NCBI RefSeq assembly: GCF_006345805.1
Contig: NC_042998.1
Span: 93,868,001-93,932,000, forward strand
From: Octopus sinensis
Lineage: Eukaryota
Reading direction: 5' to 3'
DNA: 64,000 nt
Shown: one piece after another, positions 12,035-24,710 of the stretch
Position numbering within the stretch: the first letter of the stretch is position 1
Layout of the letters: each line of letters starts with the position of its first letter
The notes under the pieces: model-generated
What the model saw: the letters and a program-made list of their open reading frames with translations, nothing else
What the model was told of the DNA's origin: nothing
Database searches by the model: none
Made by a program: the position numbers and the translations under genes

Positions 12035-15000
12035 TCCCCCCAACATCACTTGACAACCGATGCTGGTGTGTTTACGTCCCCGTAACTTAGCGGTTCAACA
12101 AGAGAGACAGATAAAATAAGTACTAGGCTAACAAAGAATAAGTCCTGGGGTCAATTTCCTCGACTAAATGTGGTGCTCCAGCATGGCCACAGTTAAATGA
12201 TTGAAACAAGTAAAAGAGTAAAGAGGGTAAACATCATCATCATCATCTAACATCCATTTATCAATGCTGCTTGTACGAGTCAGATGGAATTTATTGAGGC
12301 AGATTTTCTTCAGACAGATGCCCTTCCCTTCTCCAAGCCTTTCTTGCTTCCCAGCAATGTAATATTTCTCATGGCCAAACATGTTTTTCATAGAAAACTG
12401 GAAACAAAAAAATATCACTTGTATGACAATGATACTTATTAACGACCAGCACATGATGTTAAGACAAGGCTACGCTGAAACACATGCACATATATAAACA
12501 CAAACACACACACAAACAGGCTTCTTTCAGTTTCCATACACTAAATTCACTCACAAGGCTTTGGTCAGCCCAATGTTAAACAGCACTTGCAGGAATAATT
12601 GCAATACATTGTATTATAAGTTTTTATTGTCTTAAATAAAAAATTATCTATTTATAATTTCAGAACCAAAAACCAGTATTATATGCTCACATTCTGATAT
12701 GACAGCCATAATATTTAAAAACAGTAACTCTACAATAACACCTGGAACTTTATCATTTTCCAAAGCATGCACTTATAAGCAGACATCTAATGACACAGCT
12801 ATTGCAATAAAGATTGCACTTGGTGACTGTGGATCAGCAAGCAGTGTGGTTTGTATTCTTTATTCTATTTTTGTGGAAGTTATAAAATCTACTTATTACA
12901 AAAGGGGATCATAGCTTCTAAAACTGTGATTTTTGAGGATCATTACAGATGTAAAGGAAATTCTCATCTCATTCAAAGTAATGTTTTCGGTTCTAAAGAT
13001 CTTAAATGGCTTTAAAATAAAGTGTCATATTTTCATTCTTTTACTCTTTCACTTGTTTCAATCATTAGACTGCAACCATGCTGGAGTACCACCTCAAGGA
13101 ATTTTAGTCAAACCAAATGAACCCAGGGCTTTTTTGAAGCCTGATACTTATTCTATCAGTCTCTTTTGCTGAACTCCTAAGTTACAGGGACATAAATATA
13201 CCACCATCAATTGTCAATCAGTGGTGGAGAATAAACACAAAGACACACATACACACATACATATATATGACAGGCTTCTTTCAGTTTCCACTTAGTAAAT
13301 TCATTCACAAGGCTTTGCCCAAGGCGCCACACAGTGGGCCTCAACCCAGGAGCATGTGGCTGGGAAGCAAACTTATCACACAGCCACACCTGTACCTGTC
13401 ATATGGATTTTAATTCACAAGAACTTATGAATCAAATTTTATTTTTCTGGACATCTTCAAGTAAAGATGACAGCTTCAGATATAAACAAGGTTTGAAGTG
13501 CTGCATTCTACTATCATGTTAGTATATGTGAGTTTGCATACATAGTTGTGTGCATAAGATTTTCACATATATTTTTTTATGTTGTACATTGTTTATTGCA
13601 TGCTCCAAGCTGCTGGATAGATCAACCATTCAAAATATTTTCTTAAGATGTAGCACACAATTAGATTTTGGTGCTGACCACTAAACTATGATGTGGGATC
13701 AGAATATATTTTTTTGATTAGGATAACAAAATTAGGTTTTCTATATATATTCTTATTTCTTTATTGCCCACAAGGGGCTAAACATAGAGGGGACAACGAC
13801 AGACAAAGGGATTAAGTCAATTACAATTACATCGACCCCAGTGTGTAACAGGTACCTAATTTATCCAACCCCGAAAGAATGAAAGGCAAAGTCGACCTTG
13901 GCGGAATTTGAACTCAGAACGTAACGGCAGACGAAATACCGCTAAGCATTTCGCCTGGCCTGCTAACGTTTCTGCCAACATTTCTGCTAACATTTTCTAT
14001 ATATATTCTAACAAGGTAAACAATAGCTTTAATAAAATCTTTATTCTAAATTCACTTTTATTAGATCCCAAATTTTACTGACTGTCCACTTGCTTTGTGC
14101 TTCCAAAGCCATGTGGAATAAAAGATCCTTTATTTGAAAAGCAGATAAGGGTTAGCATAAGAATGGTCATCCAGCAGTAAAGCAATGGCTCAGTAACATA
14201 TTCATCTTATCCATGCTAGCATGGAAAAACAGACATAGAACAAATTATTCCAAACAAACGTTTTTTTCACAACCCATTATTTTACATAAAAATTTTGTGG
14301 AGTAAAAAAATAATAAAAACAATTAACTGGATTTATGAAGGAAGAATATCTATGTAAAAAAGTTATAAGTTTCAGATGTTACAGAATGATATCAAAAAGT
14401 TCCTGGACTAGTTATGTTTAATAAAAAAAAAAAAAAACTTATTTACCTATGCTTTAACATTGTCTTTGAAATAGTCACCTTGCAGAGCAATTACACTGGT
14501 CCCAGTGCTCCTGCCATTTTTGGAATCTGGCCTGGAGGTCATTTTCTATAAGCAAGTTGAGGGCCTTCTGTTGATCTTGACAACCGTATTAAAATGGTGA
14601 CTTTTGAGCTGCAAATAGGGTGGATGCAGAAGTGACACCATGTTGCTTTTGGTGAGAAATTTATGAGTGAAGAGAGTTAAGTGACAAAGTGCATGGTTGT
14701 CATGAAGAATCCAATTCTTCACACTCCATGGATTCAATCGCTTTCACTGAATGTCCTCCCTCAGACACTTCAAAACAACACAGAACTTTTGATTGATGGT
14801 CTGGCCGTGGGGGCCGAATTCTCAATGCACGATCCAAGGTATGTTGGAAAAAACGATGAGCCTGCTCTTGACTGAGCAGCAGATTTGTCATGCCTTTTGA
14901 AGCGCCTGTTCCACTCAAAATATTGTGTGACTCATTGCTTCATCGCTGTAAGCTAGCTGAAGCATGCTCAATGTATCTGTAGCAGACTTCCTAAGTTTAA

Positions 15001-18000
15001 CGCAAAAAAAATCCCATTCGCTCTTTGTTCCAACTTCCAGTCCATGACAAAATTCACAGACTACAGCATATATATGATCACAAGAATACAAATTTCACAA
15101 CTTGCGAAGTAAACACAATGATGTCACGCAGCACTCTATGTCATGAAGGTCACTGCTAGCTCTTACTGTGTGCTGCCATCTGTTGGCGTACTACAGAAGT
15201 AGTCCAGGAACTTTTTGATACCACCTAGTATTTGGTATGACCTATTAAATTGCCATTTATATAAAAACATAACAAAATATTTTTCCAAACTAAAAATTAT
15301 CTGTAGAAAATTTGCTCTAAAATATTTTTTAAACTATATTTCAGATAAACAGTACACATCTCCTCTTCAGCATGACAATTTTCCACAAACCTGTCACAAA
15401 AGATATCATTGTGCGAAGCAATACCATTAGGATGACTTTTCAATGTGCTTATAAACGTAAGGATGACATTATCCAAAATCCTTGGGTAGTACAGACTGTT
15501 GCAGTAACTGAACGTTCTGCTGGATCATTCCTTTTCAGACTTGAGTTCTATAAAGAGAATACCTTCACTAATGTAGTCACCAACTTTCCTATGAAAGTCA
15601 CTCTGACAACATGGTTGAATGTTGCAATTACTTTAGTAACAAGCAATTTAAAATTGAAATTAATAGTACCAGCATGTTGGGTAACAACATCTCAGGACAA
15701 AAACAGCAACCCAAGATATCAACTTTTTGAGAACAAGTGAGTCCTTCACTTACCAATTTTTTCTTAATCCTTTCTACTTACTGAGTCTGGAAGAAGGAAC
15801 AGTGCATGGCACATTCTGGGAAGGAGGGACTGAACAAATGATTTGTGTTGGGCTTGAGGAAGGTGTTGGATATAACAAGAGTAAATTCTAATCTTCCCAT
15901 TTATATGCAAGTTCTTTTATGACTTGCTTCAGCCCTTTACTTTCTGGTGGGCATAGGCCATTGATGATTTTGCTCCACTGTTCTCAACTCTAGGCAGTTT
16001 GAGAGTAAGCCTTCTCCCAGGTTTTAGTTTTGAATTGTCAATGATGTACCTATAACTTTGCTTTTTTTCCCCCAGGTATTGGTGTTGGTCTTCTGCAAAT
16101 CCATTTCTATCTCTGGAAAGAAATGGTCCATATTAGCCTGGCCTCTGTCCTTTGACCTGTCCAGTATGGAAGGTTCCACCAGAAGCTTGTACTTTGCTGG
16201 CATAGTCTCAGTGTCACCAAACTGCAATACAGTCTAAATATTGTGGTGGAAGTCCCTTTACTATAATTCCCATTATAGAAAATGAAATACATTCAAATCG
16301 ATTTGTTATGCTTTTTTGTGGGCATGTAGATTTATATTATTGCAGTAATTGTTTGTACATTTGTCCATCTTACAGTTAACTTTTCAACCAAACAGTAAGA
16401 GTGAACCTGTACTCAATTACCATGATGTAAGCATTAGATAATCAATAATTCAAAACCTTAAGCTCACAACAATTCTAACTTATAGAAAGTTTTTACATCT
16501 ATTTCCAAGAGTTGGTTTGAAGATTTGCTGTCATCATCCACGTAAGATGAGAAAAACAAAGTAAACGTAAGAATAAGGGAAGATAACTCAGTTGAACATT
16601 AATAAGTTACTAATTGTGTTGAAAGTAATGGAAAAGTGGGTATAACGTTTTTTAATTAACTAAAATATGTTGCTTATGTAACCCATGCCAAAACAGGAAA
16701 AGCTTCAAAATATGTAGGTAGTGATTTCTTATCTACAAAATTTACTCACAAAGTATCAGCCAAGTCAAGATCATAGGAGAAGTCAATTACCTGAAATTGT
16801 AGCAAAACTGAACCTAGAACTAAATCGTTGCAAATCAAATATTTTAACAACACACCCATGACTCTATCCAATTCATATGAACAGTATCTCCAGCTTTCAA
16901 ACCTAATAAGTAGCAAGTTCTTTCCCATCATCATTATCATCATTCAATGTCCTTGTTCCATGCTTGTATGGGCTAAATGGTATGAGCGGATCCAATAGAT
17001 CCAAGGACTGCATCATGTCCCACTGTCTCCTTTGATATGGTTTCTATGGCTGGATGCTCTTCCTAAGCATAAGCTACTTTTATCTTTTTTTCTTTTCTTT
17101 TCAGGTGTACATTAGACAGAACCGTATCATTTACACCAGTGAGTCAGTCTATGTTTGGTTTTAGATTCCAAACTTTCCGTTTCTTCAATAATTATGACCC
17201 ACTTTATCTTCACTGCTCTGTCTTTGTTTGTCACACAGACATAAAGAATGCAGAATGTGACAGAACTTGTAGTCTAAATAAAAGGAACAAACGAGAAGCA
17301 AGTCAATTTGAAGATGGCTCTCCTTATAAAGAAGAAGTAGTAAGCAATGCTTTCATTTTATCAGAAAGCCAAAATGATACTGAAGACATTTCCAATGTAA
17401 TTACTTCAACAGTTTCTAGTTCTAAAGAACAATCTACATATTTAAATCAACAAAAAGTAAATCCCAGTTCTGTATTAACAAAATATACCACATCCCAAAT
17501 TTTAACAAAATCCATTCCAAGACAAACTACGGAAGCACCCGAAAACTTTTCAACCCCAACGAACCTTCACAATGAAATTCTGGTTAATACACGCAAAAAA
17601 CAGCTTGTTACTAGTAAAACAGCATCACCAGTTACTTTAAGCACATTACAACTAAATAATGGTGAAATTAAAAAAACTCTTGCAAATAATTCTTTGTTGA
17701 CCAAGAATAATCCAAGAACATCCAAGTTTACTTCTTCATGTGGCTCAGGTGAGTATACTTTATGTTCTTAGCTCATTTGTTTTTAATGAACTGTGGTAAA
17801 TAAATCAAAAATCACCCCCTGAAAAAAGCAAGTTGACATTCAATGATATATAATAATAACCATATAAAAACATTATAGTGTGCCATAATTTATAGGCACA
17901 TTTGTGGTTGTATGTTCAAGAAGCTTCTTACTCAACCACATGGTTCCAGGTTCAGTCCCATTATGTAGTACCTTGAGTAAGTGGCTTCTACATTAGCCAT

Positions 18001-21000
18001 GGACTTAGCAAAGCCTTGCAAGTGGATTTGGTAGGAAGTAAATGGAAAGTCTGTCATATGTATATGTGTTTGTGTGAGGGAAAGTGAGAGTGGGGGTCTT
18101 TCCTTGTCTGGACATTACATGACGGTTGTAAGCAAGTGTTATCATCATGCAAATAGTGTCTTTCATAAGTAATCTTCTGTGAAGACACGTCAGGCTATGG
18201 GGTCAACCTTACTTGGAAACAGGTGAGGGTCAGCAACAAGAAGGGCATCTGGCCATAGAAAATCTGCCTCAACAAATTCTGTATGACCCATAAAAGCATG
18301 AAAAATTGGACATTAAAACAATGACAATCATGATCATAATGAGGGTGGTGCTTGTTCCATAATAAAAGGCAACCTTTCTGGCTATGCCAACTTTCAGCCA
18401 GGTTTTCAAAATCTCAAAACGCGATGAAGTCAGTTATAATGATAATCATTCATTAACAGATTGACTTCAGTAATACCAAATCTGCCAAAAACATCCTTTC
18501 CTACATTGCATACCTGTAGTCCCTCACATTTGAAAACTTTACAGTAAATTAACCTTCCTATCACCGAAAACATAACAATGTGGACTGGGTGTATTTGATC
18601 ACACACTCAGCATTACAGAGAATATCTAAGACAAGACTAAAGGGTCCTCTCTATCTTTCATTAATATTTTTATTCAAAGCTACTCTTTCCCTAAACAGAT
18701 TGCCTGTATTGGAACTTGAAGAATCCATGTCATCTCCTTTTAGTTCTTTCCTTTTTTGTGGGGAATATTTCCATTCAGGTGTGTATGTGCAAGAAATAGC
18801 CATTCTTCTTCAAAAGTTAGCATTTGTTATTGCTTAAACCAAGTTAGCTCTGATCAAAAGGTGTTCTGGTTACAATGTTATTTTATTTAGATATCATATC
18901 TCAAGATAGACATTATCCAATGTGTAAATCCTTTTATTATTATTCTGAGTTCAAAATCTGCTGTCTTTCATCCTTTCAGGACTGATAAAATAAGTTGGGC
19001 ACTGAGGTAGATGTAACCAACTTAATCCCTATCCTCAAAATTTCTAGGCCTTTCATTCTTTCAGGATCGATAAATTAAGTACCAGTCAAGTACTGGGGTC
19101 AATGTAATTGAAGCTGGTGCACTAAACTCTTTACTCTTTTACTTGTTTCAGTCATTTGACTACGGCCATGCTGGAGCACTGCCTTTAGTCGAGGAAATTG
19201 ACTCCAGGACTTACTCTTTGTAAGCCTAGTACTTATTCTATCAGTCTCTTTTGCCGAACCACTAAGTTACTGGAACGTAAACATACCAGCATCGGTTGTC
19301 AAGCGATGTTGGTGGGGACAAACACATACATATATATGACAGGCTTCTTTCAGTTTCCGTCTACCAAATCCACTCACAAGGCTTTGGTCAGCTGGAGGCC
19401 ATAGAAGGCACTTGCCCAAGGTACCACGCAGTGGGACTGAACCTGGAACCATGTGGCTGGTAAGCAAGCTACTTACCACACAGCCACTCCTGCGCCTACG
19501 GTTAAAATAAGGAGGTTCGTGAAAGTAAAATTCTAAAGATATATTTTGAATTACAGACTGTACTGAACCAGCTGGAAAATGAGGTCCAGTAAAGTATTTA
19601 TTCCTAAAATATTGCTTTAAAACATTAATTACTTGTAACAAATAGGTACTACATGATTTTGTGGATTTTGAGAATGGAGTGGGAGGGCGCATTTTTTTGC
19701 AGCTTGCCCCGGGAACAGTTTACCGTAGCTATGCCACTGTTCAAGTGGATTTTTAACCCAATATTCTACATGCTGTTTATAGTCTTATCTACTTGGAGTT
19801 CTACTATTTAAAAAGATTTTAGAAAGTCTTATATTAACATACAACTCTTGATGGTAAGGACAAAGTTTTTAAAACAGATTGGGAAAATTTGAAGTGTTAC
19901 TTTGTATAATGGTATCGCTTCTTACATGGCACTAGCAGCAGAAAGGTCACCAACTGTTTTGTAAGTTCCCTCAACTGATGTGGGGAGCAGTATTGATGGA
20001 GGTGGCTTTATGACAGTTGATGAGAGGTTAAAAAAATAACAGAGGGATAGTGGTAGGTACCTTACTGTAAGGGGATACATATATACCCAAGATGAAAAAG
20101 AAAGGAGAGAAAGCAAGATTTTGAGAGAAATATAGAGACAGTTAGAGGGTGTGAGAGAGAGGGGGGAGCAGACAGAAAGTGAGGAAGAGAGTGTAAGAGG
20201 GATGTTGGTGATGCTGGGACATACTCACAAGGTACATGAGAGAGGTGAATATAGGTGAAGTGACAAAGAGGACTGGACAGGATATATTTGAATTATATAT
20301 ATATATATTGTAAAAAAGTTATCGAAGTTGCTTGCAAGTAAGTATGGGTTGATAGCATCTACCATGCTTTTGCTAATTGTCTTAGGTGCCTACATAATCA
20401 TGAGTAGACACAGACTCTCGGTTCTCCCCTCGTCAAACTGGTGAAACATCAACGATGTGTTTGCTGGAGTGAGACAGCTGCCCTGACAGTCAGCTTGTAG
20501 TCATTTTCAGCTGAGTAAACTGATGCAGTGGAGGTACATGACCTAGTGGTTAGAGCAACAGACTCATGGTTGAGGGATCATGGGTTCAAATCTCAGACCA
20601 GGTGATGTGTGTTTATGAGTTTATCACCAGTAAAATCACAACTTATTTCTGTAGCTGAGTGAACTAGAGCAATGTGAAATAAAGTGTCTTGCTCAAGAAC
20701 AAAACACACAACCCAATTTAGGTATTGAACTAACAACCTCATGATTGTTAGCCCAACATTCTAACAACTGAACCATGTGCCTTCATACACCAAACAGGCT
20801 TCTTTCAGTTTCTATTTACCAGGCTCAAAAGGTACGGATACTTCTGGCCTAAACAAGCCCCTGGCTTTGTTTACATATTCAGTAAACAAATTGTTTGCTT
20901 ACTGATACCATTATTATAATAGAGTAATAGATGAGATTAGTACACTGGAGGAAATTACCCTGTTCTTTTGTTTTTTATTCTGTAGGAAGGGGAGATCTTG

Positions 21001-21147
21001 TGTTCAGAGCTTTTTTTTTTGTTTTGTTTTTTTTGTTAAATATAACTAACACCAGACTAATAATTCTTCAACCAATTTCTCATTTCAGGTGTTTCAAACG
21101 TGATATTCTTCACATTCTTAATTACATTTTTAAGCCAGACACTGTGA
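2974..21147 (+). CDS. SRCR + zona pellucida (ZP) module protein, DMBT1/uromodulin-like, probably GPI-anchored; 5'-partial. join(2974..3173,12664..12848,15345..15736,17105..17748,21089..21147)
   Basis: Five GT-AG exons splice in continuous phase (1,0,2,1): second half of an SRCR domain, ZP-N with 4 Cys, ZP-C with 6 Cys, RNKR, S/T-rich stalk, hydrophobic tail, TGA at 21145-21147. Upstream exons were not found in the window. Confidence 0.88.
4222..4618 (-). mobile_element. Short non-autonomous Helitron unit (~397 bp)
   Basis: On the - strand: a|TCTTTATATATAAAAG ... hairpin ... CTAG|t. Confidence 0.88.
5842..6381 (-). pseudogene. Helitron RepHel Pif1-family helicase fragment
   Basis: LKLHTNMR...KAILAPRNKTVHHIN...LKVGAPIMLIRNLVPPKQCNGTRLIV; truncated at both ends inside Helitron unit 5766-6609. 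Confidence 0.92.
9488..9708. mobile_element. piggyBac-type MITE (~220 bp)
   Basis: TTAA|CCCTTTAG ... CTAAAGAG|TTAA; homologous copies at 28475, 32423 and 45424. Confidence 0.75.
9905..10680 (-). mobile_element. Two adjacent SINE family 1 copies
   Basis: Reverse complement of the 747-1160 element at ~9905-10278 and ~10308-10680. Confidence 0.8.
11355..12225 (+). mobile_element. Two adjacent SINE family 1 copies (~11355-11750, ~11775-12225)
   Basis: Same head and tail as 747-1160; the second has a long internal (GT)n at ~11950-12030. Confidence 0.85.
12664..12848 (+). CDS. SRCR-ZP gene exon: start of ZP-N
   Basis: tttcag|; EPKTSIICSHSDMTAIIFK...KACTY...IKIALGDCGSASSV; donor |gtttgt; phase fits both neighbours. 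Confidence 0.85.
13035..13397 (-). mobile_element. SINE family 1 copy
   Basis: Reverse-complement match to head and tail A, with an internal deletion. Confidence 0.8.
13750..13980 (-). mobile_element. SINE family 2 with Nin/Deu-like central domain
   Basis: On the - strand: GAGTTCAAATTCCGCC B-box followed by GCCTTTCATTCTTTCGGGGTTGGATAAATTAGGTACC; other copies at ~3200-3405, 21880-22105, 37725-37890, 46860-47078, 48335-48530, 54668-54828. Confidence 0.75.
14380..15230 (-). mobile_element. Internally deleted mariner (Tc1/mariner) element
   Basis: TIRs ATCAAAAAGTTCCTGGACTA / TAGTCCAGGAACTTTTTGAT with TA at both ends; - strand remnant MDWKLEQRAN..FCVKLGKSATDTLSMLQLAYSDEAMS..FEWNRRFK (transposase N-terminal HTH). 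Confidence 0.85.
15345..15736 (+). CDS. SRCR-ZP gene exon: end of ZP-N and start of ZP-C
   Basis: tttcag|INSTHLLFSMTIFHK...MTFQCAY...GSFLFRLEFY...LKLIVPACWVTTSQDKNSNPRYQLFEN; donor |gtgagt. Confidence 0.92.
17105..17748 (+). CDS. SRCR-ZP gene exon: end of ZP-C, furin site, external hydrophobic patch, S/T-rich stalk
   Basis: Long polypyrimidine tract then tcag|; KCTLDRTV...FRFQTFRF...LYLHCSVFVC...CDRTC..RNKR (17283-17294)...EVVSNAFIL, then a T/S/N-rich region; donor G|gtgagt. Confidence 0.92.
17895..18330 (+). mobile_element. SINE family 1b (family 1 head with RTE-LINE-like tail B)
   Basis: Family 1 head, then a tail with AAGGGCATCTGGCCATAGAAAATCTGCCTC...AGCATGAAAAATTGGACATTAAA; other copies (-) at ~12232-12575, 34010-34420, 41902-42220. 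Confidence 0.72.
19125..19498 (-). mobile_element. SINE family 1, well-preserved full-length copy
   Basis: Complete head-to-tail reverse-complement match. Confidence 0.85.
21089..21147 (+). CDS. SRCR-ZP gene terminal coding exon (GPI-signal-like hydrophobic tail)
   Basis: catttcag|GT GTT TCA... gives GVSNVIFFTFLITFLSQTL*; phase 1 matches the previous donor; AATAAA at 21194-21199. Confidence 0.72.
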
Positions 21148-21879
21148 AAAGGCTACCAGATTTAAACCGAGAAAACTCAGCAAGGCATCTTCAAATAAAT
21201 TTACAGATGTACAATTTTATATCAAGCACATACATATATTATTGCTTCTCTGAAGTGTATTCAATTGATGAAGTAGGTTGATATTTAATTGTAAATACAC
21301 ACAGCAGATAAACAATGACTCAACAACTAGCCAACTTAATATACAACAGCTTAAAAATGACTACACAAGTTTTATCCTTGGATTTCTACTCCATAATCAA
21401 GCTACCTTAACTAGAGATTTAAAAGTAAAGATATTACTTAAATATTAATTATGCAATATACTTTAAGTAAATTCACATGTAAGAGATTGAAGCCAATATG
21501 ATGCTAAGAAGAAAAAAAAAAAAACATGAAAAGAAGAAAATAATGGAGGATCAACGTTAATCAACAATGTGGATTCAGTTTGTCCAACTGAATTACCTGC
21601 TCCTGGATTAATAAGTGCCTCACCAATCCATAAGCATACAAAATGCTTTATCCCCTTCCCCAAAGAGATATCTAAAATAGAATCATCCAGAGACCTATCT
21701 GCAAAGTTGGACCTGACAAACTTTTATGCACTAAAAACTTTTTTCCTTGAATATGCACTACTAAAACTGATTACAACCACACAGGCTCCGCTAAACGAAA
21801 CACTTGAGCAGAATCAGTATGACAAGGCTGTACATTTGAATTATAAGTACAAACTGTTTGATAGGCTTCTTTCAGTTTC

Positions 21880-22105
21880 TTATTTCTTTACTGCCCACAA
21901 GGGGCTACACAAAGAAGGGACAAACAAGGACAGACAAATGAATTAAGTCAATTATATCGACTCCAGTGCGTAACTGGTACTTATTTAATCAACCCCGAAA
22001 GGATGAAAGGCAAAGTCAACCTTGGCGGAATTTGAACTCAGAATGTAGAGGCAGACGAAATACCGCTAAGCATTTCGCCTGGCATGCTAATGTTTCTGCC
22101 AGCTT
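21880..22105 (-). mobile_element. SINE family 2 copy
   Basis: Close match to 13750-13980. Confidence 0.8.
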
Positions 22106-23351
22106 CTATACAGCCTCTATTAAATCAATATCACTCAAAAGCTATGGATTGACGTGAGGCAACTGAAAATTACATTTGCCCAGGATTGATCATAGGACCT
22201 CATGGTTGCAAAATAAACTTCCTAATCATTTCACAGTAGAAGCCAAAAGGTTGGGATGGGAATTTTTCTAAATTCATAATGAGTAGATTACTTGAATCTT
22301 ACAATTTCTCTATTGAAATGCATGTGCTTTTGTTTTATTTTAAAGATAATGAAGAATTTAATAAAATAACTTTGGTGTGAAACAAATTAACATAAAATTT
22401 TGATGCAAGGTATAAATTTAAATCACATTTATACAGAGTTTGTATAATAGTCTCAAACAGAATGATATCAAAAAGGGTTAACAGCTAACCAAGATATTTA
22501 CTAAAAAAGAATTACTATTATATAATTGGTGGAGTATAGACCTAAGGGAATTGCTGACACTTCAAACAAAACTATCTTCAGTTTAGAGAAAAGGGACCCA
22601 ACATTTTTTGTAGTTCTAGTCGGGACAATATTACTTCTCAAAGACATAAATAGCAACATTTAACTCTTACTGCATGGGAACAAAGTATACTTGGTTCTGT
22701 GTATGTGCACTTGAGAAACATGAACCAAGTCAACATGTTTTTGTTGGTGGGGCATTTTTCAGAATTCTCCACATTTCATTTAATGTAGAACACACATTTT
22801 ATTTTTAGCAGAATAGAAACTGGTTGCATGAAATGATTTGTATATTTACATCTGCATGTTAGTATGCAAAAATTTAGTTCGCACAGTGAGGGTTATTATA
22901 AATGTTGTTAGCCTGCATAACACTTGAGATACCACTGAAGATTTTTACTAATTTTATTCCTGCAGATACAGAGAGGTTCAAAAAAGTCCCTTTAGCATTA
23001 ATATAAACCAACAACTGAGCCCAGTTGAACTACTTAATGTACAATTTCTTTTCTTTCTGTCAACCCCACCTAATATTCACATCCTTCTCCCAACTACATC
23101 CATCATTTCCCTCTGAACACCAGTCCCCTGCTGACTATCATAGCTCAGGGAGTTTATGATAATACTAAGCCACTGTCATTCATACAATCAGCAAGCAGCA
23201 GATGAACTAAATATACCCGGACACTTGAATGGAACTATCATTACAGTGTGCCGTTTTTAGAACCAGGAATATTCTTTCAGCTTTTAATAATGGCATATTT
23301 CTAAAATAAATATATCTTAGATACTTGCAATACAATAGAAACTGTAGCCAC

Positions 23352-23790
23352 CATCATCATCATCATTTAGCGTCCGTTGCCCATGCTGGCATAGGTTGGA
23401 CGGTTTGACCAGGGGTGTAAGCTGAGAGGCTGCACCAGACTAATCTGATTTATCATGGTTTCTACAACTGGATGCCCTTCCTAACACCAACCACTCAGAG
23501 TGTAATGGATGCTTTTATGTGCCACTGGTACAGGTGCCAGTTTGTATGCCAACAATATGTTGTGACTATTTCACTTGGCTTGATGGGTCTTAAGCACATT
23601 ATTTGTCATAGCCTCTGTGAGGCCCAGTGTTTGGAAGGTGCTTTTTAAGTGCCCAGCCACATTGCCTCTTGAGGCCCAACACTCAAGAGGTGCTGTTTTT
23701 TTTTTATATACATTCCACCAGAACAGGTGCCAGTTATGCAACACCAACAATGACCACAGCTATGGTTTCACTTGGCTTGATGGGTCTTAA
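23352..23790 (-). mobile_element. RTE LINE 3' UTR fragment
   Basis: Reverse complement of the 51240-51743 region, including the (ATG)n tail; similar tail fragments at ~145-365, 11010-11265, 16930-17065, 39150-39392, 55395-55590, 60536-60620, 61390-61595. Confidence 0.72.
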
Positions 23791-24469
23791 GAAAAATGTT
23801 ATACATCATTTAAATACTAAATGGAACTTCTAAATTATCTTGCACATTTAATCTTGTCCAACAAAATAGGATCCAATCATTTGGGGGTTTGTCACCAATA
23901 CTGTTATGCATGTATGGGCCAAGATACTTAAACATCTACACAGCTAATCCCACCTACTTATAACATGCACTGCTATGTATGAGCATCTCACCTATGGGAG
24001 AAGCAGTACCACAAAAGTTTACTTAGTACTTAATTCAATTTTTTACTTTTGATAGATATTGTGATAAAGTGGCATCCTACCCCAAGGAAGACATCTTAAC
24101 ACCATAGAAACTAGGGATCTGCAAAATTATTTTCTTTGAAAATAATTTAAGCTATACAGTATTGGTTTTTTTTTCTGTCTCATCTTACATAAATTTTCCA
24201 TATATTCTTGTCAAATCTACACCAGATGATTCAAACATTCATACACTAACTGGAGAATTTAGATTTTCCTTTAGTTCATGAAAAAATTTAAACCCCATGA
24301 CAACAAAATATTAAAAGAGAAGAATTCTAAAGAAACCTTGTTGATAGAATTTGGATTGTATATTTGTGGTGCCTATTTGGTGAAATAACATTTTTAAATA
24401 TAATAACTTGCATGTTAATTAGTAAGCAAACTGTTCTGTTGATTGGATCGACATCATTATAATCAAATG

Positions 24470-24710
24470 AATGCAAGTGGCTGAGCACTTCACAGACATG
24501 CATACCCTTAACAGTTCTCAGGGAGATTCAGCATGATACAGAATGTGACAAGGCTGGTCCTTTTAAATACAGATACAACTCATTTTTGCCAGCTGCATGA
24601 ACTGGAGCAATGTGAAATTAAGTATTTAACTCAAGGACACACTATGCCACTGGGAACCAAACTCACAATCTTGAATCAAATACCTTAACCACTTAGCCAT
24701 GCACCTTCAT
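24470..24710 (-). mobile_element. tRNA-derived SINE family 3
   Basis: Shares CAGCTG..TGAACTGGAGCAATGTGAAAT with ~20650-20785; tRNA-like heads of the same type at ~3465 and ~57125. Confidence 0.55.

Noticed and set aside
20530-20605. Functional tRNA gene
   Set aside because: A and B boxes are present but the stems are broken and it sits among SINE fragments; treated as a SINE head.
20931-21281. 116-aa ORF as the last exon of the ZP gene
   Set aside because: The phase-1 donor at 17748 selects a different frame, ending at TGA 21147.
21569-21946. 125-aa ORF downstream of the ZP gene
   Set aside because: No recognisable domain, non-ATG start, and the 3' part runs into SINE sequence.
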